DNA from: Zygnema circumcarinatum SAG 698-1b
Taxonomy: Eukaryota > Plantae > Zygnematophyceae
Length of the DNA stretch: 64,000 bases
Direction: 5' to 3'
NCBI GenBank assembly: GCA_037447605.1
Contig: CM074808.1
Span: forward strand, 1,612,001 to 1,676,000
Positions 49,701 through 63,670 of the stretch are shown here, one piece after another. The position numbers and the translations under genes were made by a program. Position 1 is the first letter of the stretch; each line of letters opens with the position of its first letter. Under the pieces are notes generated by a model. It saw only the letters and a list, made by a program, of their open reading frames with translations. It ran no database searches and was not told where the DNA came from.

Positions 49701-49768
49701 ACGAAGAAGACGAAGAAGCAGAAGAACGAAGAAGGGAAGAACGAAGAATACGAAGAAGACGAAGAAGG
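49701..49768 (+). repeat. Degenerate (ACGAAGAAG)n purine-rich repeat
   Basis: acgaagaagacgaagaagcagaagaacgaagaagggaagaacgaagaatacgaagaagacgaagaag. Confidence 0.8.
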
Positions 49769-50216
49769 GACATTTTTCTTTTCGGACGATTTCAACCACA
49801 CCTAATTCGTAGAGACAAAAACTTAGCCACCGACTAATTACTAGACACATCAATTTCTAAAGAAAAAAGTTAAAAGGTATGACTGGTTACTTCATAGAAG
49901 TCAATGCAATTAAAATGACGGTAAACACATTTTAGTAAAATGCGAGAGAACTTGCATTTTAGTAAAACCGGTTTGATTTCTTGTTTCATTTGACTCCCCG
50001 CACAGACGAACCGTCCTTACAGTTCATCTCAATACTCATTGTGCCGGAAAGTATTGCTTTCTCCCTCTCCCACCCTTCTGCCTCTCCCTCCATCCTGCTC
50101 TTCTCTGTGCTACTGTTCGGCAAAAGCTTTCGAGGGAAGGCGAGGCGAGGGGGTGAGGGAGGAGAGTTTGGGGGGGGAAGGGGAAGGAGAGGGAAGGAGA
50201 CGCCGCGGGGCAGGCC

Positions 50217-53200
50217 ATGGCGAAGGGCCGCGTGGTGCTTGTTACGGGATGCTCGCAGGGCGGAATTGGCTACGAGCTCTGCCGGGCGTTTGCATCTGCC
50301 GGTTGCCATGTCTTCGCGACGGCAAGGCGGCTTGAATCCATGGCGGGCCTGGAAGGTGCTGCTCTCCCAATTCGCTCAAGTACAGATTCGAGAGGTTTAT
50401 GAGCAGTGAACTTCAGATAATCCGGTGTGTGAATCCTAGCGGTCATAAGGATGCGGGAGACAGCTTGAAAATGCAGCAATTCACGAGAGTGTAGTATTAG
50501 CCTCTACAGCTGTCATTTCTTCCTTGTTGCGAGCTTGTTATTTTTTTTTTAAGCTCCATTTGAACACATTGTTTAATGTCTTGCAGAAGCCATGCAGTCT
50601 CATTTAGGCCCTTACCTATCCTGTCTCGTAGGTCCAGAGCTGGAAAGTATCCCATTCTGGTGAAGTTCTCCCGGTGGAATTCCCACAGCTGGAATCTTGA
50701 AACTAGATTGCCGAGGATCGAGGGAGCTTAGCATAACAAATGACGAAGAATGAAATCTTTTCGTAAGGCTTGACGATTGCTTCAGTGGACAAAGGGAGCA
50801 GACATGCACCAGTTCAAACTTTTTTGCAGTGCAATGTTATGACATGGCGGCCAGGCTTTCTTATTTTGACGGTTTATGATTTTTCTTCAAGGTTTACTGC
50901 TTACGCGCGTTGTTTTGCTCCCTGCATTGCAGAGCTCGGCTGTGAGACACTGAGGCTCGACGTCACTTCGGCGGAATCCATCAAGTCTGCAGTGGATGCT
51001 GTTATCGAGAAGGTGTGGTGTTGGCTTTCTTTTGGTCCCCTATGGCGGCCTTAACGTCAACCAATTCATCCTCTAGCAGTCTCCAAAAAGAAATAAAAAC
51101 AAAAAAATAAATAAAGAAAAATAAAAGAATAAATAAAATAATAAATAAAGGAATTAGAACCATTTTTTGACGCAATGTAGTTGTAGAGTCTTTCAGGCAT
51201 CCAATCATTTTCTACTAACTATTTTTCGAACGTTGATATGTGAAGGATCACTTTCCGTCAGCTCCTCCGCTGTATCTAGAGTCATGCACCAGTTTTTGGG
51301 TCGATTGTTTAACAATCCTTTAACTGCCGATTTGTAAACCTTAAACTGAGCGAGGGAGCAAACCTTAACAGACAAACCTGTTTGTTCTGGGAATGCTCTG
51401 CAAAGTATCTGCTTCAGCACAGATGTATTCGCTCCGCAAAGTCGTTAGTGTGCTCTTGGATGTGAATACTACACATGTCCCTTTACCTTCTACCCCAAAC
51501 TCTCATCCAACTGAGCAGCTATAAGATCACTATTAAACTTATGTCATGCTTTAGTTCAATATTTGCATACCAAGTCCGGCGTTGATGTAATGGCCGTCAT
51601 TTTTCAATGTAGATTGGTCCCTTCTTCCATTGAGACAGTCGTCAAACTAGGGGAAGATACATGTCTTCCTCTTTCGACCCAGTTTTTTAATGTTTGTACA
51701 TTTAGTTGGTGGTTTCACTGAATTTAGGGACTTCTGCGGTGCACCGAATGTGACAGGCAGGACGTGTGGACTTGGTTTTGAACAATGCGGGAGTCAGCTG
51801 CCCTGGGCCGACTGCAGAGATGCCTTTAGAGGACATTCGGGAAAACTTTGAGACAAATGTATTTGGAGTGATTCGAGTTGTACAGACAGTGGTTCCTCAC
51901 ATGGTTCATCAGGTGAGTCGGAAGAAGGAACGAAGACTCGTTTCATTTCAGAGAAATCAACTGAATCCTCGTTAATCCTCTTTCTTTAGGGAGGTTGAAA
52001 GGAATGCAGTTCCAAAGTGCGGAACAGTTTTCTTACATTAACAAGTCATTTCACCCACTCACGAGGAAGCGAAAGCTTTTTAAAAAGTATACCACGATCG
52101 CAGCTGCTCTCGGCGTCATTTGTCCTGGAAAATACTTTCCAGAGTTGAACTCTGCGTATTGTGTCGACTTTCTTGATCTCCAGGTTTCTGTGTTGTTTAC
52201 ATCTGGTGCAGCAGCGCCTATAGGGAATTTGAGCGGCGGTTCTTAGAAGCTCAAAGAACCCACAATCCCTTCTCCCGTGAGCTTAGCGCAGGGTGGGCTG
52301 TCTATCTCTGACGAAGCAGGGTACCGGCACTATTGTCAACGTGGGTTCCGTAGTCGGCTATATCTCCACACCCTTCAACGGTATCTATTGTGCGGCCAAG
52401 GCTGCGCTGCACTCCTTCACTGACACTCTTCGCTTGGAGCTTATGCCGTTGGGGATCAAAGTCATATTGATTGCGCCGGGGGCAATCAAGTGAGAATTTG
52501 CTCACAGAGGCTTGGCTCCCTGGATTGACTCTGGCAGATGGGAAATGCATGCATTTTTGCAGTCTCGTGTGTAAGACAATCCTTATCCTGAATCGTTAGC
52601 TGTCCCATGCCTGGATATCAGAGGGAAGCATATGTGCAGGAGACAATAAGGGGAATCTCTGAAGTGTGACCAGGGCTGTGCCATGTGCAGGTCCAACATC
52701 GCCACCAACAGCTTGGGCCCACTCTCCCGTCGAAAGTGGACCATCTATGCTCCATTCCAGCAGCAGATTGACGACCGTGCAAAGCTTTCGCAAACTGTAG
52801 ATAACACCCCAGGAGATGTATTTGCTCGGAAGATCGTGCAGGTGAGTTTCGCATGCCACCATGACTCGAATTTCTTTGCTTTGCCCGTCCTCGCATTTGC
52901 TGCCCATTTCAGAAGCACAAGGAGACGTTTACTACAGTAGAAGCCATAATGTGCTGAAGGACGCTAAAACGGCGATACACAATGACCAGAGTTTTAGAGA
53001 TAAGCATAAGTGGTAGCGCTTGAAGTGTGCTGCTTCATTTATTTGAAGTGTGGTCTCTTTGGTTGCCTTGCGCCGCTTCATTGTTGATATCTACTGCGCT
53101 GCAACCTCAAGGCACGGATGGCCCACAAAATGTTTATGAATTCTTTCACCCTGTGCATCATTATTTCACAGCGCCCGTACAGATATCCTCTCTCCATTTG

Positions 53201-53489
53201 CACAACCGACGGCCTTCATATTTTGTCATACAAAACGGAAAAGCTAGAAAAGAACTGAAAAGCACGGCCAGGGATGTGAATCGTGGGAGCACGTTGTGTG
53301 CCTTACAGTGTTGAGTTGCTTGTTGCTTCTTCGGAGCAGGTGGTGCTCGAGGCCGACCCTCCCCGCCATTTTACCTACGGGAAGTTGTCATTCGGATTCA
53401 CTCTCCTGCGGTGCCTCCCCCTCTGGCTGGTCGACTTCATCCTTGCGCGGCAGTTTGGGCTGAACAGCCTGCACGCTAAGGCGGAGTAA
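50217..53489 (+). CDS. Classical short-chain dehydrogenase/reductase, Ayr1 (acyl-DHAP reductase)-like plant type (6 exons)
   Basis: [12 protein letters not shown] (Rossmann motif), [26 protein letters not shown], catalytic [24 protein letters not shown]|S and a C-terminal amphipathic helix. Confidence 0.93.
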
Positions 53490-53996
53490 GGGGGCTGCTG
53501 CACCAATGCTGTAAAGTACGCGTCACGACCTGTGAAAAGAGCCACTGATTTTGTGTACAAAAACGATGAGAAATCAAGTTCCGCTTTCGGACATTGTCTT
53601 TATCCGCGTGCGAATCTATCTCGGTCTCATGATACACATTGCAGAGGCTCGTGGCTTTGTCGGACCTTAGTTTACTTAATAGCTGGAAACGTCAAACATC
53701 TTTGAGGCTGCATGCTCGTTCCGCAGATCCTAGCACAAACAAAATCAACAAATAACGCCCATGCATCCAACTTGAGCTGAACTCTCCATCTGAAGCTCGG
53801 CGTCGGCATCCACATCCGAAGGTCGGCAAGATCAGACAGACAGACAGCCACATCACAGCTTGACTCCGCAGCCGTTTCCATGTAATCACCAGTTCCGTAC
53901 ATCTGTGCGAGCAAAACCCACAGAAGCACACGACTGTAAGCAAAAAATGTGGCATTGATCGCACGATGGCGATGATGAAATCAAGTGTACATGGCC

Positions 53997-54122
53997 AACA
54001 TCAGCATGGGGAACCACGACGAACTGGTCGCAAAGGACCTAAGGACAAAAGAAAAAGCTAGGAGCGGAAGGCTACGCCTAGGCTCAAGAACGCAGCCCTC
54101 CCTCGAAGCAGCCGCGAAGGTC
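53997..54122 (+). repeat. Dispersed copy of the MULE internal segment 10465-10589 (inverted)
   Basis: Hand alignment gives 92/126 identical positions with one 1-nt gap, including the core GCAAAGGAC(C/T)TAAGGACAAAA. Confidence 0.75.
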
Positions 54123-55619
54123 ACCGATGTGCGCCACATCGCGCGGAGGGAGGGAGGGAGGGAGGGAGCGGCGGAAAGGCCACCGACACGCACGGCCACC
54201 AACAAGCAAGCGCGGCTTCACGCCGAAGGAGCGGAGAAACGAGGAGGACAGCGCTGAAGGGCGACGGAAATTACAAAACAAAACAAAAAACAAAAAGTCA
54301 CACAGGGATGGAGCAATGCAGCGGACACGCCAAACAGGAAAACAAAGCAACAACGAGAAGCTGCCACGTGGCTGCAGAAGAGGCGACGACAGCAGGCGCA
54401 ACGGTCGGAAGCGGAGGCGGGGGGGGAGGGGGCACTTTAGTTCGGCTTACTGTAAGCGCTCCTCCAAGATGAAAATGTGCCCTGAGATCAACGGCACTGC
54501 TTGGCCATACAAACCTATCAACCCCAAAAGATCAGTCCGCTCACACCAAGCAGGTGGAACACCCGCTAGCGGCCATCAAGTGACCAAAGCACAAGAACGT
54601 TCACGTTTGCACGTACGAGACAAAGCAGTACAGTGACTATGCATGCAGAATAAAGGCATGTAGGAAGGCACATAAAAAGGCACCAAACAAACGAAAATGA
54701 AAAAAAACAGCGTGCTTCATAGTTTTCAACACCTACAAAATCCTGATTTTGGAGGTGGTGTTTCGTGTAGTTCTTCTTGTTAAGCCAGCTGCTGGCGAGC
54801 ATCTCCTTTGGCCCGCAACGTTATTTCTCATTCGAGAATGTTTACAGACAGACAGACGAGCCACGGAGCCCAGGAACCCCATTGTCAACACATGCGTTAG
54901 CGAAGTCATGGTTAGCTATCCCACACGCACACTGAATGGGTGTTGAACTCACTAAATTATCTCAAAGTTGGTCTCTTCAATTGCCGACGGTTACAAGACC
55001 TGGCATGCGACCTCCCTCTTGAAACTAAGACAATTTACCCAAGCACTCGTGCCTGGTGCATGTGAGCAAAGTACATCGGAACCCCAAAACGGCGCAGGAC
55101 ACCACGCTGCATACGTGACGACTTTCCAAAGGAACAACGTGAGAACAAGCAGGGCACTTCACAGGGAAGGAGCGCTTTGGGTCCCTCTCCAACCGCGCTC
55201 GAGAGAAGCGCGGCATGAAAACTTTCTATTCAACTCATCGTGAGGAAAAAGTGAGAACCTCAGCTTTGTAACGGACAAAGCTAAGGTAAGCTAAGTAACG
55301 GACTCTTTATGAGTGTCTGGCGACCCAACATCAGAGCTTCTATGGCGGCTTACCCTCCATACATTTCGCCCCTACAGCAGTGCATTGCTCACACCCACGC
55401 CCATCTGTCTTCTGTACCACAACGACTGCTCTAGACATCAATACTTTACAAGTAATCACAAGCGTATCAAATACCCGTTCCGCAGAGGATTCCAAACTGC
55501 CTTCGCATCAGCTGTCCAACGAATAACCACGACCAAAAGAGTGATTTTCTCAACTTCACTTCGCTCTTCAGGGCATACAATAGACACATCTTGGGAGCGT
55601 GCAGGTGCTTGGGGCAGCA

Positions 55620-58600
55620 CTAGCATGAGCTCTCCGACGGTGAACGGGTTGGAAGGTGCAGCTGACAGAGAACTTCCCGGGCCGAGGCATCCCCAAGCTC
55701 TGCAGCAACAGCAGTGGCAAATGCGAGATGATCGGGCGTCCATGGATAGGAGCCCACAATGTAGCGAGCACGCTGCATCGGAGTGAAGATCTGTACCAAT
55801 AGCCACGTGCACCGGCAATCAAACGTCGGTGCCACGAAATAGCAACGATGCACTCCTCACAGTCACAACAATATCATATTCTGCCTCCTAATATTGCTTC
55901 TGGAGGCAACTGACAGAGGAATGCCCGACAAACCTTTGTTCTCCATCGAGGTCGACTGAACCATGTCCTATACTAGAAAGGGAAGGGAAGAAAGGTACAT
56001 CAGCAGTTGCCCTAACTCAACAAGGTGTAGCAGTGAACAAACTAGAAGCAGAGCCGTGTACCTGCTCGTATAGAGCCCGGATGAAGTCTACCACCATGCT
56101 CGTCTCCTCATCCATCGACTGCTCAAGTTGCTTCACAACGTTTGAGCTCTGCAGGCTTCACAAGGCCCACCGTCAGCGCCATCATTAACAACTAATCTAT
56201 GTTCGACAGTCATCGGATTTAGAGAAATATCAGAAGACGATCATCATACGCTTCCTTCAAACCAAGAGCCTGTGCAAACCTGCACATCCTGTAGCATCAC
56301 GATCCAGAAAGCTATTACTTTTTCCTTGTTTGCAACTAGAAGATATGCTGTGCTCTTGGGCGCCCTAAATACAGAGAGCAGAGGTAGGCTAGCAACTAAT
56401 CTTTCGAAGCATTCTTGATGCAAGGATGCGTGGATGCTTTCTTTGTGCTCCACTTCACAGGAGGAGTCATCAATTCCATAAAAGCCAAACAAAAGACTGC
56501 CCTGCCAACTTCAAATTCACTCTTAAGATCCCACCTTTACAAAATTTGCAGCTGTTATGCGCGTGCTGAGGGGACTAGGCAAATGGTCCATCAGACACTG
56601 TAGTGTCTCCTTGCGAGCCTGCAGCATCTGGCCCAACCTCTCCACATAAGCTGATCGTAGCTGCCGAATGCTCTCCTTTTGCTCTCCAGTAAGCGAAAGC
56701 CTGGCTGCAGTCTGCATCCAAACCTCCGAAGTTTCCTCTCTGCGCCCATCATGGCTAGCTCTGGTTGGTGAACACAGTCATGTAGCAATACACACCCTGA
56801 GCTACTGCATCATAATGTGGGAATGCAGATGACCTATCTAATGATTTAGGAGCTCGTATCATGCCTACCTGGACAGCACACTTCTGTCGTCTTCCAACTT
56901 CCGTGCAACAAAGTTCTTAACGCCGAGTGGGTTCCGAACAGTCACTCTGGTTATCAAAAAACCTGCTTCCTTGGTAAGCTGCTCTATCCGCTGTACCAAA
57001 TGGCTCTGCATGGGCCGGCTGTCAGCAGCTACCAGTAATAACGCCAGCTTGTTTACGTAATCTCGCCATAATCTTGCAAGCTCCTCTTGGGAAAGCAACT
57101 TCACCTGCAGGAATCAGACGGAGATAATGTTGAGTGCCAAAGAAAGCCGCTTCGCCGAGGGTTACGGAAACCCCCTGCTTGCTTTCTGCAGGAAAGGCCA
57201 AGATACAAAGCTACAGACTCACCAGAACTGAATGCAAATGACTAGTAATGTATGTAACTAGCAATGTATGTTCTATAACATTGCTAAAAGATAGAAGTCC
57301 AACCTTGTGTAAAACACATCCTACGGATGTTACATGTCACATTGTCTTACATCCTGTTAACGAAGTCATCCGGACTTATCCTGTTGACAGAAGAGAAATC
57401 TTCCAGAACCTAAACAAAATTGCTTAGAAAATTGCAGAAGCTACTTCTTGGATTACAACAGCTGAATCTCTCTCGGTGCGAGGTGCCTCCACCATAGTCG
57501 GTTTTCCAATGTCTTTTACCATTGAAATTTATTAACTAACTTGAAGTCCTGACCTACTTGTGAGTATTTCTCTTTGCATCGAGGATATTAACTAAGTCAG
57601 GTAGTTGCTGCCAATTACACTGTTCAATGACAAACAGACTAAAATATTGAAGTTCAAATGTTGACCGGATTATGAGTCCTCACGAATCAAGGCGTGAATT
57701 AAAAAACAAAGGAACTGGCTCTAAAGTTCTCTGATCAGACCCACTAACCTGCTCAGGACCGAGCTCAATAGGCGTATCCTCCTGTAACGTTAGCGTCAGA
57801 GATCCTGAGAATGCCTGTGCTAAATCGTTGCCATTTTGCTCACGGCCATCCTGCAGAAAAAAAATAAGTGGCGTATCAGCAATAGCATTCCCACCGTCAC
57901 AACCCACCTGCCTGTCAGCAGAATCTTCACATCGGACACAACTGAAACATGTAAAGGAGTCCAGTATGGTGCCTCGTAGTTTAGACGACCACATGCACAG
58001 ACTCAAATAGTACTAAAAAAGGAACGAACGATACTAGTCATAAGCAGACTCTAAGAATCAATAAGCGTCGCTTGGAGTTAACCATTTTTCTGATTGGTGA
58101 AAACGCAAAGAAGGTCTAGTGTTTGCTCAGTTCACCATTGATGCACGAGCAGTTCCTGGAGATTTCGGATGCTCCACATTAACCTTTGCGTGTACATCAG
58201 CAATATGCTTGTCACGCTGCTCTAATAGCTGCAAAAGGACACTGTTTCGCCCAAGCAAATTCGTGCGTTCCTCCAAAAGAACTCGATTTTCCTCTTTTAG
58301 CTGCTGAACGGTGCTCTCGAGGTCTGCTGTTTTTGCCTATCATCACCCATGCAAGAAAGTGCATTGAGTTGCATAAGTTACAAATTCAATTGTTCAACTT
58401 GCGGCTCAATTGTGTCATCCTTCTCAAAGGAAGAGCAAATTCCATATACACATAGTCCAAATAACGTCGAGACTGGCATTGCTCATTCGCTTGGTGAGCA
58501 TGGAAATGCATCCTGTGTCAACAAGTTGCGGGAAAATGTTACCCACCTTTTGCCGCTCCCGATACCTTCGTTGTGTTAAGTGACTCCTATTGACAGGCTT

Positions 58601-59152
58601 CATTGCTTTCTCCAAACCTGGCTTCTTCCCAAACCCACTGTCCGCCATCATTGCACTATGATGCTTGTAAATAACCTCGTTGTTTGCGGAATTCCCGCCA
58701 CTGTTGGCAGGAGGTGACGCATTGTAGGGTGCATCGCCCATGTATGCAGTATCTGGTGCAGCCGACGGGGACCCGTCAGGTTGTCGAACAGATTTGCTGG
58801 ATGCATCATTCATCAAATTGCCTGGAGAGGCAACCAAAGCATCGCGCATAGGAACTGCAGTCTGCCATGGAGATCCGCCGATATTGCAGCTAATCGGGCT
58901 ACTAGAAAATTTAAAGGGCACTTGATGAGCTACAATGGGAGCATTGAACGCCTCACTCTTTCCATGGGGTTCAGATGCAGTACCAAAAGGTGTGGAAATC
59001 CATTCATCCACTTCATCTCCAAGCAAAATCGAACCACTAAAAGCTCCAGCTGCACTAAGCTCGCCATGCTTGAAGGTCTGCGTAGGTGCAGCTAGAGAAT
59101 AGTTTTGCAGATAAGAATCCATATCCAGTGTCTCGCTGCCTCCACGTAACAT
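55620..59152 (-). CDS. bZIP protein with atypical basic region and long helical C-terminal domain (algal type); 5' end uncertain
   Basis: SHLTQRRYRERQK|AKTADLESTVQQLKEENRVLLEERTNLLGRNSVLLQLL (leucine heptads); C-terminal exons LARLWRDYVNKLALLL...RIEQL, LSLTGEQKESIRQLRSAYVERL, VKQLEQSMDEE..MVVDF, IFTPMQRARYIVGSYPWTPDHLAFA. Confidence 0.8.
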
Positions 59153-60909
59153 TTTGACTCTCGTCACTTATATGGTAAGGTAATGACAGTCCTCCCTGCC
59201 ATGAATGCTCGCATGTAGCACAAACTGTTTGGCAACGACGCGGGAACAAACGCCTGAAGCGATGGACATATAGCGGTCAAAAACCAACATCGTTATTTCC
59301 AAGTAAATTTCCAGCGTTTCAACAATATTGATCACTGTTGCTGATAGATGGAAACTCGGTCCGAATATGATGCCTAAACTGAAAGCAAGGTATACTGATG
59401 AAAACGTCATAAAAACCCTCCATTCGAATCCCGCTTCAACAACGAACAGGCGAATTGTCTTCAACCTGCAGAGATTTTGTACAACACAAGAAAAAACGAA
59501 AAGTCTGTAGGAAGCCTACGGGAGAGTCGTCCGCACTTTCTTCATTCACAAAGACAATTGCTCCCAAACAGCTAGATCTCCTTAAAGAAACCGGAAGATT
59601 CAGAAACCCATCCAAGCATGAAGATGCTGTTTAACAGCACTAAAGCTCGCCAGCCTGCACAAATTCATAGTCTGTCTAAAAGAATGCCCTTTCCCTAAAC
59701 ACATCTTCCCTTCGTGTTGGCTCTCCTCGCACTCATCCATGTGCAAGAGCATTGCATTTAAAAACTCACTCGATCACCGCGTACTCAAGACGAGTAGTCA
59801 AATCCTATTCCAGCACCTTCTACGAGAGGACTTCTGGCGGCAAGCTCTCTCCCATCGCGCCCTTCCAGCGGCGCTGCAGGGCCTCAGAGCTTCAAGGCTC
59901 CCCTGCCCTTTGTTCAGGCCTTCAGGAGCAGCGCAGGAACATGACGTGCACCCGGCGGCCGCCCCTCTGAGGGCCAGTGCAGGCAGGCGGGCAGCCCCCC
60001 CCCCCCCCCCGCCGTACTGTGAGCGCGGCGGCGCCACTGCACTCCGCCTCATGTTTGGATGCTGCTTCTGAACAATGTTGTGTTGTGGCGGCCATTACGA
60101 CCATGCAATTAGGAATGAATTTGACGCCAACACGAACTCGATGACCGCTTCCACGCTCCTTCGGTAGCTACGGCTTGTGAACGAGACCTTCAATTGCCGC
60201 CTTAGGTTTTGGACGGGCATAGGAGATTAGACATGGTGCATTTATCGGCACTAGTTCATGCCGGAGTGGTTCTTGTCATGTGCCGTGTGAGAGATACTTC
60301 GCTTCAAGGTTCCTCGCATGCTTTCTTCCGAACGAACGATGGTGCTCTACTGGCATTTTTGAAATGATGGCTGATTGTATCTCAAGCACTGTTGTAAGTG
60401 GATGTATGAACAGCACGATAGCTTGCTGCCACAACAGACTTCAGTGGGCTAACTGCTCCTTCACCTGTTTTCTTTCCATTTCCCACCTTTGAAGCTTTTC
60501 GACCCAATACAATCGAAAGGAGATAAGTACCCAAGAAAGTAGGAGAGCCCAGCACGAAAGTAAACTAACTACAAGTGCGCCTGGACATGACAAAAAAAAT
60601 CCTTTTCACAGCACTTTCCATATATCGCGCAGCAGTCAGCTCGCCCGCTCCTTGTCCCCGGCATAGCATTATGCGCAGCATACGCCAACACAAACGCCCG
60701 AGCGACAAGTCAATTATATGCCCCAGCACAGTAGGATGCGGCTCGCTTCCAAGGAGGGCACCTGCTCTTACGAAGCAGTTTCGCCTCCCTGCGTTGTTTC
60801 TCAATGACTTCCGCTACAGCTCAGCATGACTTCTGCTCTACTTGGACAAAATCAAAGTTGCATATCCTTATACATGCATGTAGTGGCTGACAACATTCGA
60901 GCCTAGTGA

Positions 60910-63670
60910 TCATTTCATTCTGATCCTCTTTATATCCGCATTTGGGACGCTGGCGTCCTCGGCCACATCCATGGAACTTGCATCCAGCCTGGGGACAGCC
61001 TGCAAGCACAACCCCACCGGCCAACAACCACAGTAAAGAACACTACCATGCTGCGTTTCATTATCACACGCAGTGCTGCTTTCTAAAGAAAGATAATGGA
61101 TAATTGGCTAATGTGCAATTGCAAGCAGTTCCAACTGCAAAAAAAATCATGCCATGCTGCTCACATTCATAAACGAGAATTTGAAAGAACCCAGCATGCC
61201 TATTACAGAGGGAAAATCTGCCTACCCATTCATCCGGAACAACAGCATAACGTTCTGAAGGGGAAACCCAGTTCGTAGCTGCACAAACCAACAACATCAG
61301 CTATTAGGGTAAAAGGGGAATGCACTATGCCAGGAAACCCTAGCGACTCCATTGACTAACTTCTGTAAGCGAGTCACATCACATTCTTCTAATTTTCAGA
61401 CATTCTGGGCAAAGCATTATAAGCGAAGTGCAGAGTAATTCACCACGCAACGACCTGATGCATTTCGATTCTCCGAAGCTGCCAATTTATGTCAAAGACT
61501 GCCTACAATTTCAGGTCAATTTATCCTCCACCGTCCGGCGTACCTGTAGTCCTTGGCTCTGCAGCTCGCTGAATATGACGGCATGCTTCACCAACCGAGC
61601 TCAGTGCCTCCACACGCTTAGGAAGAGTCCTGCATGAAGCAATGGGTGACAATAAAATGAATGCATAAAGGGGTTACAGAGCTAACAATGAGGAGTACAA
61701 CAGACAAGACTTGCATCCGAGATACAAACTAATGTAAGGCGACCTTCTTCACAGCCTTAAGCTAGGGGTGCCCAATGGCTCTGCTTCACTCTAAGACAGG
61801 GGTGGCTTGGCTCACGTTCGACTTGACTCAAGCCAAGCCGAATAACAGTTGGCTCTGAGCCAAACTCGAACAGGATTCTTTTCCACGCAAAATAAGTCCG
61901 CCAAACAAAGTGACGTCATACGAAAGGAAAAAGAAGGGCACAGAAAGGATCCGGCCGCACGAGAGAATGAATTTTGGACCAGAGTTCGTTTGACTTTGGC
62001 TTGAGTCGATTCACACATGAACCACAACCACTACTTCTTCTTCTGTAAGTAGCCATGGCAAGACTCCGTCTGACGTAGACATTCAAAAACTGGTACACCA
62101 AAACATGGTCACCAATGCAGCAATAAGTTCGCTCTCTTATCCTAAAAACGACCAGTCAAGATTCAAATCGGAAGCCTCTCTGCAACTTGAGCTGGCACAG
62201 TGGCTACAAGACTCGAAGATTGGAGCCCTAATTCTGGCAAATGAAAACACAGCCACCATAGACAATATTTCCCCACCTATCCACAGTGTCCCCGTGGCCA
62301 AGTTGGCCGCTTGTTCCCCTGCCCCATGAAAAAACATTTTGGGCTTCGCTAACCGCCACCGTGTGCCGCCATCCACAGGCCACTTGTATAATCCGCTGCG
62401 GCTCCAAAAGCACAGGAAATAACCATTCAGCTGTGCTGTGAAACAAGCAGTTATAGATTGTTGAGTTTACGGATAGAGTTTGCAGAGTTCGAGGTACAAA
62501 AACCTCATTGTCCAAGAGCAGTTGAAATGGGGGAGCACTAAATGAAAGCCCTTCCAACCGAAAAACAGTTTATTGAGAAAGAGGACACACCTCAGTCAGA
62601 GTCTTGAGTTGCTGAGGACTGTTTTGATCTTCATTGTTACCGACACCAACTTGCCCAAACTGCACAGATCCCACAGCTTCAAATCCGCTCAAGCCACCAT
62701 TCAAGCTGACGTCTACAGGTCATATGAAGTAAAATGCCCAATTGGAGCAGTCTTTCACAAAGACAGAGGGCATTAGCAAATGGACTGATCAGTCATAATA
62801 AAGACCGGATGCAGACCTTGTTCCAACCCCATGCATGAAGTCGGCCTTCTGTATCGAGAGCCACTGAGTGTCTCCATCCACCAGCTATCTGCACAACCGC
62901 CGTACAAAACTAACACTAAGTTACATCAGCCAACCAAACAGAAAGCTCCAACATGTCTGCCAGAATATGCCAAAGACATAGAGAATCTCGACAACGAAGA
63001 TAGCTTAATGAGATATAGCACGAATGGCTGGAAACTCAAAAGTCCCCTAGAAAAGTACTCCCAATTTGTAAGATCGTGTACCTGTGCAATAGTCTGATCC
63101 TTGAGAGCCATGACTGGGTGTGGCACAAGATGGTCCTCAAAATCGCCGTGCCCAAGTTGACCGTACTTGCTCCATCCATATGTGAACAGTGTTCCTGAAG
63201 CTGCCACGCAAAGTGTATGCCTCCAGCCACATGCCACCATGAGCATGTTCTCGCCCTGCAGAACCACAACGGGGATGGGCAACTGAAAGCCCGAAAATCG
63301 AATGCCCACTTCCGAAAGGACTGCAGAATCTGCAGCATCTACGAGCAGCACACACGTGCTCACCAGGACTGCAGACTCTCAACATCAATGAAAGGATTCT
63401 AAACTTCAGCATTCGACCGCCTGTAGATCAGCCAAGGCATCTTGTTTCGAACAAAGTAGATCGTCGTGAATGGGAAAACAAGATGCCTTCAGAGTCCAGT
63501 CCTCTGAAGCTCACCGCAACGGATGTCACTTCTTCAGGAACGAGTCTGTCCTTTCGATCGCCAAGGCCAAGATTTCCATATCGACCCCATCCCCAGCCAT
63601 AAAGCTTTCCAGAATCCGTGACAGCTGCAGTGTGCTCTGCACCGGCCGCGAGCATTTTTACCTTAATACC
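60910..63670 (-). CDS. UVR8: UV-B photoreceptor UVR8, 3' part (5' exons lie beyond the window end)
   Basis: GIKVKMLAAGAEHTAAVTDSGKLYGWGWGRYGNLGLGDRKDRLVPE; three motifs GWRHT/GWRHS/GWRHT; C27 region WVSPSERYAVVPDE and terminal SVPNADIKRIRMK*. Confidence 0.97.

Noticed and set aside
46911-53980. ATGATGA box C candidates for C/D snoRNAs (about 46911 and 53970)
   Set aside because: No CTGA box D with a terminal stem at a suitable distance. No tRNA, rRNA or snRNA was recognised anywhere in the window.
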